Source: a virus
Taxonomy: Duplodnaviria; Caudoviricetes
Virus record (IMG/VR): IMGVR_UViG_3300029305_011823
Strand: one strand, 5' to 3'
DNA: 64,000 bases
Position 1 is the first letter of the stretch. Every line of letters starts with the position of its first letter. This document shows positions 21,801-29,728 of the stretch, one piece after another. Position numbers and translations under genes: made by a program. The notes beneath the pieces are model-generated. The model was not told where the DNA came from. It did no database searches and saw only the letters and a program-made list of their open reading frames with translations.

Positions 21801-21905
21801 CAAGCTAGTAAGAAAAATAAGCAAATAAGTAAACTACAAACTATAAACTCATCAACTGGATATAGTACTGCAAGACAAATTGCAGGATATAAAAAGACAT
21901 ATTAA
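9897..21905 (+). CDS. Tape-measure / tail-associated multi-hydrolase protein (4002 aa)
   Basis: Long helical N-terminus; TMP motif HADGL..VP.DGY.AELHEGE; two C39-like peptidases (Q..W..GCGPTS..GHxV..NDP); NlpC/P60 (DCSGF..GH); tail lysozyme (GNLQQES..GIAQW..FER); GH73 glucosaminidase (QAAQESGWG..FGIKA..YATDP). Confidence 0.88.
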   Translation: MAKKDSNKGKDIKDRIKKQVPSNDWFLNVGKSMGFATQELIQELMPNTSSTVDWNKNVINIADMVQDIRDNNGIRKMFGKQLGNIPAFKVAQEGWSNVKADFKSGNFYNKNRAMGLNDDGEFSFDDFSFDNGGVEFIDDDDSGGGDEPVEDSSGGGRPPVTVINTMPLAKAISSSAEANVNAIASLGQQQFAMESEKLMMNKQSFEGSMSALNSINENLALLVQFNSDSTAKYQAAALKYFEQSLELMEKPEEDKKKKNLWNPFTAEGGLKLDEYAEVVKENIKDIKDSNIALSTMYDIFDNPELIKGFADNPIGTLMTAMGRGVINKKFKEAKGKLGELDKNLNMIMPALLARINTFEGNQDDNLLQNLNKVFGYKYKLSYDVDLGDYEKGAISWDGESKKALVEVIPSYLRRIESVLTGGDERIYNYSTGKFDDIASIEKFYNDKLAENEVSGFTNVRSYINDVVNELGLSIDAKDQVMKDFNNYFRAMTKQGYLIRHNDPRDSMKMGEIVGYDKDREKLLGRILDELPNHIKAEMTTMAISDSRERTNNFMEEVRANPNLSGYSYLKNDLDKDGKMRYTASKTPLALSPDKYGLNQLDYLRDIRSALINGIRVFPDHTRKSRGNQPNAGILARERLEEDAYEQRIREEEDAKQQEEQYTQYRRQGRSVAEAANIPDSNWKEMFKEDTPIDQADYLTMMDKLNNKVSDVVYNMLYGEDNYQDKALEKLNKMYQKGKPILQNMKDFFGDTMKAFRCFFTGQGYVTSDGVRVEGEDSLLGSIKTSILGIKDKFSEATKEGGMFQNFFDDFMDGFDTFKTSLFGEKRLTENKGKETFQNLMSKVKQRLPKALGYGLAGGMVKTVFASNLGLLGNFLMPGGPIASVLMGTTFGFLKQSETFNRYMFGEKDENGERVGGLISKAWQDKYQEYKGVIGKGAGIGILGSLFLPGGPVAGAIMGIAGGIASKNEAFQEFLYGKDYKTDEKKSMMNGVFGKAFKQLSGSDDPKLAKFLGSVGAGIGVAQGVGLLPSFLLPGGPIMGAMLGLAGGIAASSNKFQEFLLGEKDIDGQRHGGLLTKAANWFSLTFAQPLKLKFTEFNDFLYGMFRKHIFDPLARSFEPIVHGVKNVFINAKDSLVEAFTRITNPIVEAFKENIIDPISTVVKKVILNPIKWIMKKTFGFLTKSLVGLITAPISIVGRAADMYNSYSAVRQEKFRRRREYDKNTPKEERNYHDRKKAGKLTREEKKELRKNVSYRQGKTWGEKKKEQKDAYKEDMAKRKDRREEMKRQFEEDKKFAKENGYKYRSQKQKEKREAELREKEIWFQEQQLMQAQDTDEKVEKISDNIIKLSDYQNNTTTKLDVITNTVREGFNKLTEKLGLSAPSEETVEEDHMTAIYDFLDRETAKDENVTLKEALDDLKGEFKTVLGHLKETDKVDTSSSKGINPNDLVNITDEDLNKIYSFLDNKVQQDESTKLKGALDDLPADFKAIFKNKKSVTLDTGDNKVIDFNAVRKQLRDDDQSHADGLDKVPSDGYLAELHEGEMVVPEKPAGKLRNLMNKAGKGFSGLTDVLSETSEEDIDHREDDNGMIEKSLRKGAVGFGHMLANTMRGIGGAFGKIGTFFGKMSGDEKRDREDNAMQLSDMEADRLKEIEDKARYDHASRKNADFIQEQIAAENKEKADRKWKDSLLNAIKHLGGIAAAGVGAGMNLFDLMKDGMKGLLDKFSGLGSLLGSLALPFGIESLIKMGDDYINSPEYKEGYTDVDADGDGEGDEIYNNWNIQKWRTRLSARKAYIKPFQIAKKRIYDPLKEAGGKAVKSVKNMGKKAKTVGSKAVNKVKSTKAYQAVSNKLTSSKLYNKFFNKGVTETGDNVIDLAAKRAAKEGTESATTKVFKETAEGGAGKVINFAEQKLMKEAAESGTGKAVGKVIGEGVEAATENKGLITKIVKYAKQGVQYLADLVVKKFPAVGNIASKLLKVVDPILTSLIKNSDSIVAKFAKKIAATLGKATAGAATGFVLDAVFAVGDLATGLTAGNAGNLFGVSPENVDGRMRIISSIFQAFFNFSYIAIVSLVNEITNAMFNYNFIRQLAIAVYNLTGGKAEFGMRITPAEIDKCTSIEEALQKMDITDYGPLKDDNGNWKDFSAVKNEELGGVITEAEQMELARLQYNLANDTKLSSQGWLDKESQTFGSKVMTGIKKTFTRDTAQQKYNKLTNKATKKKEKANEYREKAKESKTIFGKAWNNSMAWLNDKSAARAEKKAEKTKVKAAKKLTKAQGKVDYHTQKAEESKGIFKAYHNWRANANQKKVKRYTMDDGKVTSADGGTTTGSAPVQEEVPILKPEEVIHGLTMAPGETVQDEYGNVYDHTGKCISSPNWDHAGMGDGDDTLYDQNGNPVDSTVVRADKDGNLYDVNGNPVTKGKPSKKKSGKLAKLWDGTKNLFKTGSAKVGKGIKDGVTQIGKDTKAFYSNPIAFTLNKSSELLDKGWSNFKANQERKKALKEKAKEGIKKGAGKVKDVVGKGIDKIKNNEKVKEFTGNLKAGLSKGIDEDDSAGTKAAKVVKNLNKMIADKKKEMMEDIKKTVTESIKSIGKLFKDLITNVGKKIGEFGTKIKEGFTNGIKAIGEGFKKAVKAVGDGITNKVNDLRNTFSKENLKKTLEEKVSEIKEGWGNLTGSFTKIFDDIGKKFDEFKKGFSNIKLPKLSLDAIKVSWQTVKDFFWDFGKEILKGDDGFESGANVPLNQQLKPKNYVFADTDNDASEAEVRKVTLTGLRDKGNTHNFPYYAQADSRWGNEKLMGGKSIGDVGCGPTSTAMVMTHLTGQRITPDTMAKAGEGILPGYTSYNYFPTVAQKFKMNYSEANDVKSIRAKLMAGEPVILAGTDKSLDNSTPYTTKGHIVVATGIKGDNVEINDPRGPAYSGSYRLNNIMKGLKRGIVLSSSKSTNTVGLPSSGVYNPITEMTGKLETSGDLPTDDGVVENLGGDAGQIKLWEKVIGYAKAFEGKLKYVYGSKAIDNNGMTTDCSGFTKHVMDRCGIKIPAGSANQKNAGTGVDKSQAQAGDLIIWKGHAGLVYDSNKNMIDAGSGSVPKIRSYDTSYWKSRGDYSIRRVIDPNKMVSAKVDNYHTGIGFSGIVGSQGGGDLSGGGPTTDGSTDGSTTGVTTTSAPAIDELGVFAKLGNIGKNYLASIYNGKEVDLFAQPVSTDTSTSTDGSTPSNGSTPDISGISDTATAVWKFFTGKGYSNHATAGIMGNLQQESSMDPTKKQYGGGPGRGIAQWTVSEGRFKGLEAHAKSKGKDWTDLQSQLEWIDMELAGKDSTTASKLKKYGGLDGFKKATDYKWAVEAFEKSFERAGKPNYTNRYKYAQNYYDKMANAGMGPAMATSAEAAPSDGSIPNSMNGWKFYQQSDSRWGGKVGSSTVSRGGCGPTSAAMMLSTIFGKEINPLTMTKWAHSNGTWTGAMQWTMPNKVASEFGLGIQDLGSNASGAPSSTLANVKAALKAGKPVMLTGRGTGASGSAARTDTPFTPGGHVVLAVGLDGNGNVIINDPRGAGRTKAYTDEGIMNVGVGLRGAWAFNPDGGKIPSSISTDGDFTGGGTTPGGTTDGSTGGTTASAPAIDELGVFAKLGNIGKNYLASIYNGKEVDLFAQPVSTDTSSSSSDSGTTPGGDGSPWNGTKYDLSKYDMSGLSSTKQAHINKMIHPTLHTYKSHGLFPSLTFAQAAQESGWGLTSGLATKGNAAFGIKADKSWTGKVYTAKTREVYNGKSVTITDGFRAYDNLGDSIIDRANFLKANSRYTKAGVFSATSPEEQARAFQKAGYATDPGYANSLINLMNGSNLQRFDKPKPPVVDNAGSGDGNTYLVAPKENKHLTGDAGKGDGRVSYSRSIDGPPRNRVDAKAQRELEAINRKVNVAFNNINASDPNAYAEVLKIILQELQAINANTAATAEGVGGIEIASANAPVSGDNNQHPTTKERYQASKKNKQISKLQTINSSTGYSTARQIAGYKKTY
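19368..19496 (+). repeat. Intragenic ~129-nt repeat, copy 1
   Basis: Encodes SAPAIDELGVFAKLGNIGKNYLASIYNGKEVDLFAQPVSTDTS, identical in protein to copy 2. Confidence 0.9.
20712..20840 (+). repeat. Intragenic ~129-nt repeat, copy 2
   Basis: Same 43-aa peptide with synonymous differences only. Confidence 0.9.
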
Positions 21906-21906
21906 A

Positions 21907-21932
21907 TTAGAGGAGATATTTATCTCCTCTAA
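21907..21932 (+). terminator. Hairpin after the tape-measure gene
   Basis: TTAGAGGAGATA/TATCTCCTCTAA inverted repeat; no plus-strand U tract, so it may be a processing or stability hairpin. Confidence 0.55.
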
Positions 21933-21946
21933 AAAAGGAGGTAACT

Positions 21947-23497
21947 ATGAACAATAATTTACAAAAAAGAGTTTATTCAATTTTAAATCAAGCAAGAGAT
22001 CCTGCCACTGAAGATACTACTAATAGTGGTGGTGGAGATATTGAAGAAAAAGACAATATATATGGTATATCAGACCCTCAAACTTATATGGATAGATTAC
22101 AAAGTAATTTAGCAGAGAACGCAACATTAAATAAAGTTAATACACAGATATTTGGTATGCCTTATCAATTTCTACCAACTGCAGATTACAGATTCGATTC
22201 AAATGGTAAATTTGGATTGGGTTTCTTTAATAACATATATTTAGAAAAACCACTAGTTACTTTAATGCCTGGTAAAATGTTATTCTTACCTAGCTATAGT
22301 AAAGCTAACAAAAAGCTATTTGGTAGTTTAGTTACAGACGGTAGTGAAAATGCACAAGCTGCTTTAGCTGAATTAAAATCTGAAAAGGCTGGTTCTAGAT
22401 ATTATGACTTTACTAGTGATTATACTGCATATATGAATTATGTAAATCTTATGTGTAGAGTTGCTGCAGTTTATTTAGGGCTAGATCAAACAGACCATGA
22501 AGGTAATAAGTATACAGCACCTGATGGTGGAAGTTATAAAACATATGATTGGAAAAAGTATACAAGCGTAAATGAAACTACAAACCCTAATGCAGATACA
22601 AGTATATTATCAGATGTTGCAAACTTTTTCGAAACTGTTGCCGACGACCTTACTGCAGGACAACGATGTTATGTTAATTTCTATATAGACCCTAATTCAT
22701 CAGTTAGTGAATCTATATCAAATACAACACAACAATCACAATTAGAGGGTGCATTTGATTCATTGGAAGGAATCGTAAAAGAAGCAGACATGCTTGTTAA
22801 ATCAGTTGGTGGTAATGGAGTACAACAATTTTTAGATAAAGCGGAAAGTGCGGTAATGGATTTAGCAAACGGTGCTACACTTGGATTATTTAAAGACATG
22901 TTAGGATTGGGAGAAGAAGTTTTACATGGATCAAACTTAATATATCCTGAAATATGGACAGATAGTGATTATAGTAAATCTTTCTCAGTTCAAATAAATT
23001 TAGCTAGTCCTTATGGAGATAAAGAATCTATTTATTTAAATATAATAGTTCCTATGTTACATGCTCTGGCATTAGCTTTGCCAAGGCAATCATCAGAGAA
23101 CAGTTTTAACGCTCCTTTCTTAATAAGAGGATATGCACAAGGCTGGTTCTCGATAGACATGGGTATGGTAGAAACTATAACTATAGAAAAAGGTCCAGAA
23201 CAATCTTGGACAGTAGATGGTCTACCAACAGAAGCTAAAATAACTTTAAATATAAAAGAATTGTACGGAAACCTTATGATGTCACCATCTACAAGACCAT
23301 CATACTTCTTTGCTAATCAAGGTTTAATAGATTTCTTAGGAGTTACTTGTGGTGTTGATATGACAATACCTAATATATACTTTAACCTTAGACTTGCGAA
23401 AGCATTATTAACGTCTAAATTTAAAGATATGCCTAATAATACATATTATCATCTAACTGAAGCTATAAGAAACTGGAACCAGGGTTGGATGAATTAA
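21947..23497 (+). CDS. Putative baseplate/tail structural protein
   Basis: Follows the TMP; C-terminal tail-tube-like signature (ITIEKG..SWTVDGLPTEAKITLNIKEL). Confidence 0.6.
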   Translation: MNNNLQKRVYSILNQARDPATEDTTNSGGGDIEEKDNIYGISDPQTYMDRLQSNLAENATLNKVNTQIFGMPYQFLPTADYRFDSNGKFGLGFFNNIYLEKPLVTLMPGKMLFLPSYSKANKKLFGSLVTDGSENAQAALAELKSEKAGSRYYDFTSDYTAYMNYVNLMCRVAAVYLGLDQTDHEGNKYTAPDGGSYKTYDWKKYTSVNETTNPNADTSILSDVANFFETVADDLTAGQRCYVNFYIDPNSSVSESISNTTQQSQLEGAFDSLEGIVKEADMLVKSVGGNGVQQFLDKAESAVMDLANGATLGLFKDMLGLGEEVLHGSNLIYPEIWTDSDYSKSFSVQINLASPYGDKESIYLNIIVPMLHALALALPRQSSENSFNAPFLIRGYAQGWFSIDMGMVETITIEKGPEQSWTVDGLPTEAKITLNIKELYGNLMMSPSTRPSYFFANQGLIDFLGVTCGVDMTIPNIYFNLRLAKALLTSKFKDMPNNTYYHLTEAIRNWNQGWMN

Positions 23498-23518
23498 AAA
23501 ATAAGGGAGGTAATTTAT

Positions 23519-24175
23519 ATGCCTAGTAAAAAAGAATTACAAGAATATAAAGATACATATGGAAATGTATCTAAAGAATGTATGGATAGAATATATAATT
23601 TCTTGGATGGAATATCCGATAGGCAATTAGAAGGAGTAAGACAAGATATAGAAAACAATCTTAGTACAGTATGGCATACAATCAGTTTTGTTTTCTATTT
23701 TATACCTAAAGCAACTCCAAGAGCGAGATTAGCAGGATTTGGAAAACATTTTTATGTTTCTGACGCTATGAATAATAGAAAGCTTATGGAGAAATTTGTT
23801 AAAGAACAATTGAGTGATTTTGAGTTAATAACTACAGCATGTAAACTACATTGTGATTGTTATTTTCCTATACCTAAGTCTATGAATAAATCTGAAAAAC
23901 TAAGAGCTGAAATGGGATTAGTGCACAATCTTACAAAGCCAGATTGGGATAACTTGGGAAAAACATATTCAGATATGATACAAAATACAATTATAATGGA
24001 TGATAGTTTAATAATAGAAGGAACTGTAAGAAAGTTCTATTCTAGCAAACCTAGAATAGAATTAACTATAGAATATGCTGATAGATATGATTCAAAATAC
24101 AATATGAAAAATATAACCAAGAGAAAACAGTATCTTGATAACATAGATAAAATAAATAAAGATATAACCTTTTAA
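23519..24175 (+). CDS. rusA: RusA-like Holliday junction resolvase
   Basis: PKATPRAR, KPDWDNLGK..SD...DDSLI, K.YS..PRIE. Confidence 0.85.
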   Translation: MPSKKELQEYKDTYGNVSKECMDRIYNFLDGISDRQLEGVRQDIENNLSTVWHTISFVFYFIPKATPRARLAGFGKHFYVSDAMNNRKLMEKFVKEQLSDFELITTACKLHCDCYFPIPKSMNKSEKLRAEMGLVHNLTKPDWDNLGKTYSDMIQNTIIMDDSLIIEGTVRKFYSSKPRIELTIEYADRYDSKYNMKNITKRKQYLDNIDKINKDITF

Positions 24176-24191
24176 GGTTATATCTTTATTT
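24154..24191. terminator. Bidirectional terminator between convergent genes
   Basis: AAATAAAGATATAACCTT/AAGGTTATATCTTTATTT. Confidence 0.85.
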
Positions 24192-24193
24192 TA

Positions 24194-24517
24194 TTATACA
24201 ACACCATTTGCGATTTTAATAGCATCAAAAGCAGCTTTTTCAAATTCAGCTCCTGCTGCACCTATTGAACCTGTTCCTGACGCAACTCCTGCTGCTCCTA
24301 CTAAACCTAAGCCAATAACAAGACCCCAAAAAAGTTTAGGATGTTCTTTCTTCCAACTTAAAAAAGCCATCCAAGGATTCTTATTAGATTTTTTCGCATA
24401 GTTTTGATAACTCTTTTTAGCTTTTTCAACATCTCTTTTATTCTTTTCTTTTTTAAATTCTTCTAATATAACGCTATCGTATGATTCTAAAATAAAGTGT
24501 ATTTTATCAATTGTCAT
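24194..24517 (-). CDS. Small putative virion membrane/ejection protein
   Basis: ILES/ILEE motifs, Gly/Ala-rich hydrophobic segment. Confidence 0.6.
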   Translation of the reverse strand: MTIDKIHFILESYDSVILEEFKKEKNKRDVEKAKKSYQNYAKKSNKNPWMAFLSWKKEHPKLFWGLVIGLGLVGAAGVASGTGSIGAAGAEFEKAAFDAIKIANGVV

Positions 24518-24534
24518 AATAAGTCACCTCCCTT

Positions 24535-24765
24535 TTAGTCGATAGCTTCTATTATATCATCTAGATACTTCTCCTCTAGTCTTTTAAATTCTTCTGGTGA
24601 TTCATCTTCAGTTATAACTTTTAATTCCTCACCATCAAATTCCATAAACTCTACATAAAGTTGATCTTCATCTAAGAGCATTAATGCACCATATGCCTCT
24701 TCATTATCAGTAAATGTCATTACAACATGTGTACCATAATCATTTAATTCTTGTACTTTAAACAT
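24535..24765 (-). CDS. Small acidic hypothetical protein
   Basis: 76 aa, 24 D/E; RBS GGAGG. Confidence 0.7.
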   Translation of the reverse strand: MFKVQELNDYGTHVVMTFTDNEEAYGALMLLDEDQLYVEFMEFDGEELKVITEDESPEEFKRLEEKYLDDIIEAID

Positions 24766-24791
24766 ATTAAAACCTCCAATAATTAATATAA

Positions 24792-27002
24792 TTATTTACT
24801 TAAATTTTTTCTAGCCATTTGTCTTACAGAATCTTTTGTATAATTGATTAAATGTAATGTATTAAATGCTTCTAATATAGTATATTCAACTATAGCTTCA
24901 GCCATAACTAATTCCATTAAATCTTTATCAGTAGATTCTATAACATAATATTCTCTAACTTGTTCGAATATTCTTTCAACATCTTCAGGAGTACTGAATA
25001 CATTTCCAGATTCTATTATATTATCAGAATAAGTATTGTTTTCTAATACAGCTTTAACTTTACCTAAATATATTTTACCCATATTCAATATTTTAGTTTT
25101 ATAAGCCATATCTTCACGATCTTTTATAACTTCTAATGTTTCATTTATAGATTGTATATTTAAATCAACAGCTCTAATCATTGTAGCTGCTTCTTGTACA
25201 TTATCTACATATTTTAAGTTATTTTTTAATGATTCGCAAACTATTTTAGTTTTATATATAAATTCAAGGTTATTTGAATTTACATCTTTAGTTTGTAAAT
25301 AAGGTATTAAAGTTATTTCATTATTTATTTCTCTAGTTAATGATTCTATTACATTAGTTCTAGCATTTTCATGAGCTTCAACTACTTTAGTTAAAGATTC
25401 ACATATACTATCTAATTTAGCATCTATTTCCTCCATTAAACTAGATTCTTTAGCAACTTTACAAGTACATTCTTCTTTTCCGCATTTAGGACATAATATA
25501 ACTTCTTCATGTACTGCTCCGTCAACTTCTTTATTTAAGGCTTTAACTTCTTTATTAAGTTCTTTATCAGCTTTATCATCTTTAGATTCTACTAAACTAT
25601 TTATTCTTTCCTTAACATCTTCAGCAGTTTCCATAGTAGATTTCATATAAGGATTAGCTTGTTTAGCTATTTTTAATTGATTTCCTCTATGAGATTTTTC
25701 TGCTTTAAGAGCTTTTAATTCTGCTTCTAATGTTCTTAAATCTTCTCTATAATCTTCTATTTTTACTTTGTCTTTTTCACCTTTTATTTTATTTCTTGTA
25801 GCTTCTACCTCTTGTTCCCATTTAACTATCGATTTATCTAATTTTTTATCAGATATTTTTCTAGCATGTTTTTGTATATTATGAACATATTTTTCTTCTA
25901 TTAATTCTAAGTTTTCTTGTATAGCTCTAACTACATATTTAAAATGTTCTGCTTGAGCACGAGAACGAATATTTTGAGAACCTTCTTCTACTAATTTATA
26001 ATAGTTTTCTAAAGCATTTTCATAGTCTTCGTCATCTATATCTTCAAGAACTTTAGCTTCATTTATAAACATATTTCTTATTTCATCTTCATCATCTATA
26101 TCCATTTCCATCATATCAACTTCATCCATTTCAAATTCTTCATCTTCGAATAAAGTTTCTAAATCATCTTTATAATCAAATGATTCAAATATAGCAGATG
26201 AATTAGATTCCAGAAGTTGTTTATATTGTCTTCTCATTAATGAATTAAATAATGTATCTTCTTCTATTCCTGGTTTATTGAATATGAAAGCCATAGCTTC
26301 TTCAACAGGAGCTTCTAATTCACTAACTTTATTTTGTATATCAGTCATTACCATTTGTCTATCATTGCTTAATTTTTGTTCATCTTGAACAACTTGGAAA
26401 ACTTTATCTTTTATATTATTAACTATAGTTTCAGTTCCTATTTCTCTTTTTCTATAGTCAAATTCTTCTAGTTCTAATTTATTTAAACCGAAGTTAACTT
26501 TTTCTTTATCAGTTTTCCCTTCTTTAGCATTTCTTTCTCCAACTTTTTTAGCTGTTTCTTCACATAAAGTTACCATATTTTTTAATATAGGATTTCTAGT
26601 AGATTCAGCTATTCTTTTAACCCCTTCAAATCCTCCTATATCATCTACTTTAGCTTCAACCATTTCAACAATATTTTTAAGATTTTCAGTAACTACTTCT
26701 TCGTCAACTAAGATAGATTCAACACATATTTCAGATACTATATCTTTCATTAAGTCTTCTTTTAATGCTCTATAACCTTCTTGCATTTTAGCATCATAGG
26801 CTTTTCTATCTTTTAAGTCTTGTAATCTACGTTCATTGACTTTTTTATTTAGTTCTTCATATTTAGCTGCTGATTCAGCTAATTTATCAACTTTACTTCT
26901 ATCTCTAACAGGAATAACCCCTTCTCTTTTAAATTCCTTATCTACTTTAGATCCGAAACTTTTACGAGTTACTCTGTTATTTGCGTTATCAAAATAAGAC
27001 AT
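24792..27002 (-). CDS. Putative prohead core / internal head protein
   Basis: Acidic coiled coil with many [ILV]xE-S/A motifs; start MSYFDN after AAGGAGA; late promoter at 27042-27053. Confidence 0.6.
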   Translation of the reverse strand: MSYFDNANNRVTRKSFGSKVDKEFKREGVIPVRDRSKVDKLAESAAKYEELNKKVNERRLQDLKDRKAYDAKMQEGYRALKEDLMKDIVSEICVESILVDEEVVTENLKNIVEMVEAKVDDIGGFEGVKRIAESTRNPILKNMVTLCEETAKKVGERNAKEGKTDKEKVNFGLNKLELEEFDYRKREIGTETIVNNIKDKVFQVVQDEQKLSNDRQMVMTDIQNKVSELEAPVEEAMAFIFNKPGIEEDTLFNSLMRRQYKQLLESNSSAIFESFDYKDDLETLFEDEEFEMDEVDMMEMDIDDEDEIRNMFINEAKVLEDIDDEDYENALENYYKLVEEGSQNIRSRAQAEHFKYVVRAIQENLELIEEKYVHNIQKHARKISDKKLDKSIVKWEQEVEATRNKIKGEKDKVKIEDYREDLRTLEAELKALKAEKSHRGNQLKIAKQANPYMKSTMETAEDVKERINSLVESKDDKADKELNKEVKALNKEVDGAVHEEVILCPKCGKEECTCKVAKESSLMEEIDAKLDSICESLTKVVEAHENARTNVIESLTREINNEITLIPYLQTKDVNSNNLEFIYKTKIVCESLKNNLKYVDNVQEAATMIRAVDLNIQSINETLEVIKDREDMAYKTKILNMGKIYLGKVKAVLENNTYSDNIIESGNVFSTPEDVERIFEQVREYYVIESTDKDLMELVMAEAIVEYTILEAFNTLHLINYTKDSVRQMARKNLSK

Positions 27003-27067
27003 AGTCAAGTCTCCTTTCATATTATAAATTTATTTCACCATTAAAATATTGTTTTCCATCAATATTT

Positions 27068-29722
27068 TTAGTTAAGTAAATCTATTATAATATCTTCTAA
27101 TTCGATATTTAAATACTCTGGAACGAATAGTATTCTATCTTCTTTCTTTAATGTAGTAACGTCAACTGTAGTATTTTCTATACTTTGACAATCATTTTCA
27201 TAACCGTTAATAGAAACGAATTTTAAATATCTAATTCCAGGGAATGTATTTTCTAACTGTTGAATTAAGTTGGATATAAATATACCCTCATTAAGATCTT
27301 TATTAATAGATTCAAAGTATTCTTTAATAAATATTTTCATATCTTGAACTAGTTTAGGACCTTCCGTTTTAACCACTGGATACACTTTTAACTCTAATGT
27401 GCAATTTACATGGTTAAGTAATTCTTGTTCTTCTCCAACAACAAAGTTCTTAGAACGACCATATGTATTATAGAACTTCATATCTATGGAATAGTTATTA
27501 GTTTTCTTACTCATTATTTCGTCCATATAATCATATTGTGAACCAAGTAATTTCATAAATCTATCAAATTCCATAACATCTTCATCGTTTATCTGTTCTT
27601 TCCATTTCATTACAGGAACGTCTTTTATAAGCATATAGTTAGCATCATACTCATCTTTTTCCCAACTCATGTGTGATTTTAACATTCCTAATGGAGTTAT
27701 TAATTCAACACGTGTTTCTTCTGTTGTATATTTATTAGTTAATGTAGTATTTTCAAATTCTTTTAAATGTGTATAATTATGTCTTGTATTATTATTTTCA
27801 TATTCAAAGAAAGTATAAATGTTCATTTTAAGATTTGTCATAGGAACCATTACAACTCTATCAGATCCATCGATAACATCTTTAACATCATATAATCTTA
27901 CAGTCTCTGTATCTGATATGAAATCATCTGTGGTAACTTCACCTTCAAATGTATAACGTAAACCTTCTTTTTCAAATGCAGTTTGTTTACATTCTATATA
28001 ACAAGCTTCTTTACCATTTTTAAATAGGAATGATAATACAACATGAATTCTACCAGTATCATTACCTTCTTCATCTATCATTGGACTTTCTATATCAATA
28101 TCAGTTGCAGTTAAATGAACTCTGAATTTATATGTATTATCTCCTTTTAAAGAAGATCTATAAACATATAAATTATTACAAATAAACTGAACCATAGAGT
28201 TATTATTAACGTATTCATAATCTAACTGTATTTTATCATTAATATTATTTAAGTAGTATCCTATCATACCATTATTTGTAGCTGTCATTAAGAAAGGATT
28301 TTGATAAACAAATTTTTCATTAAAATGCATATCTAAAACATCATCGTCTTCTAGTTTAATCATAGTATCTAAAGATTCTCTATCATACACAAACACATTA
28401 CTAGGTTTTAATAATTTCCTATCAGATTGCTCAAATTGATGATCAAATTGACCAGGATATATTTTTAGTTGTAATGTATTAGTTTTATAATATGAACCAT
28501 AACTATCTTTAGTTAATGAGAATGCTGTATATAATCTATCGAAAATATCGTCTCTTTTCTTAATAAAATGAACTCTAACATCATTTGTAATATCAAATGA
28601 GTTAAAGTGTCTTTGTAAATCAGATTCAGTTGTATATGAATCTACAGTTGCGAAACAATCTGCAACTCTGTCTCTCAGTTCTAATAAATCTGGTACATCT
28701 GTTCCTGTTGTAGAAGCAGATTCTGTTATAGCAATAACAGGTACTCTACTATTATTTTCATATTTTTCATAGTTTCTATAAACTTCAACATCATGACCTG
28801 TATATAGTTCAAAGTTACCTTCGCTACCAGTAGTTGTGTAATATTCAACTTTTAATTCCGAGTTAAATATCGGTTTAAAATAATTCTCTCTTGTAGTAAA
28901 TGATATTTCTAAAGTTTGATTATCTTTTAATTTATAGTAACAGAAAGGTCCTTTTATAGCTTTTGAATTTACTATTCTTTTTTGTAATTGAGTAAATTTA
29001 TGATCTGAAGATTCTCTATAAAATACCTCAAAACCTGCTAATTGATCAACAAATGGTACTTTAATAGTTGTAACATTTATTCTATCATTATCTATTATTC
29101 TAGTTACATATTCATGTTTTTCACATCGTCTCATTTTAACTAACATAGCAATATATTTAGTTCCATTATAATTATATTTTTGATATTTTATATAAGGATT
29201 TACTATATTACTTACGTCGTTATTATATTCTCTTAAATAACTACAAGTTATAATATGATCTTTTCTATATGGTCTCATAGTAATAAGAATATCATAGTCT
29301 AATATAAACTTATGTTCTTCAACAAATACTGCTGTTCTCTGATCTAAAATAAATTGTTTATATGTACCATCAGGACTCGGATCTGAATTCTCTATCAATG
29401 AGTCCATAGGTAATAATAATATACATTCCATAACTGCAGGTACTGCTAATAAATTTTCTTCTTGAAATAAAGAAGCGTAATTATAAATTGAATGTGGCAT
29501 TTGTGCTAAGTTAGGGAACATCTCATTTGATACTATAGGAACAGTGTTAAACATGTCCTCTGTTGTAGTAGCCATCATATCTAAACTATATCCTAATAAC
29601 CCAACATTATATCCTTCTATTACATCTTCTGGAAAATATTTAGGTCCTATAGTATTTAATGCAAAGTCTTTTATTTCGTAAAGCGATGTATATTTTTTAA
29701 CATCATCTGACATATATATCAC
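27068..29722 (-). CDS. Putative baseplate wedge protein (T4 gp6 / baseplate J-like)
   Basis: SNEMFPNLAQ..SIYNYA, YYTTTGSEGN, TTESDL and a C-terminal IKEYFE..ISNLI pattern. Confidence 0.7.
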   Translation of the reverse strand: MIYMSDDVKKYTSLYEIKDFALNTIGPKYFPEDVIEGYNVGLLGYSLDMMATTTEDMFNTVPIVSNEMFPNLAQMPHSIYNYASLFQEENLLAVPAVMECILLLPMDSLIENSDPSPDGTYKQFILDQRTAVFVEEHKFILDYDILITMRPYRKDHIITCSYLREYNNDVSNIVNPYIKYQKYNYNGTKYIAMLVKMRRCEKHEYVTRIIDNDRINVTTIKVPFVDQLAGFEVFYRESSDHKFTQLQKRIVNSKAIKGPFCYYKLKDNQTLEISFTTRENYFKPIFNSELKVEYYTTTGSEGNFELYTGHDVEVYRNYEKYENNSRVPVIAITESASTTGTDVPDLLELRDRVADCFATVDSYTTESDLQRHFNSFDITNDVRVHFIKKRDDIFDRLYTAFSLTKDSYGSYYKTNTLQLKIYPGQFDHQFEQSDRKLLKPSNVFVYDRESLDTMIKLEDDDVLDMHFNEKFVYQNPFLMTATNNGMIGYYLNNINDKIQLDYEYVNNNSMVQFICNNLYVYRSSLKGDNTYKFRVHLTATDIDIESPMIDEEGNDTGRIHVVLSFLFKNGKEACYIECKQTAFEKEGLRYTFEGEVTTDDFISDTETVRLYDVKDVIDGSDRVVMVPMTNLKMNIYTFFEYENNNTRHNYTHLKEFENTTLTNKYTTEETRVELITPLGMLKSHMSWEKDEYDANYMLIKDVPVMKWKEQINDEDVMEFDRFMKLLGSQYDYMDEIMSKKTNNYSIDMKFYNTYGRSKNFVVGEEQELLNHVNCTLELKVYPVVKTEGPKLVQDMKIFIKEYFESINKDLNEGIFISNLIQQLENTFPGIRYLKFVSINGYENDCQSIENTTVDVTTLKKEDRILFVPEYLNIELEDIIIDLLN

Positions 29723-29728
29723 CTTCTC

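Noticed and set aside
24535-24765. Acidic 76-aa protein as a Ugi-like DNA mimic
   Set aside because: No recognisable similarity to Ugi, and it lies in a late structural operon, whereas a UDG inhibitor should be early
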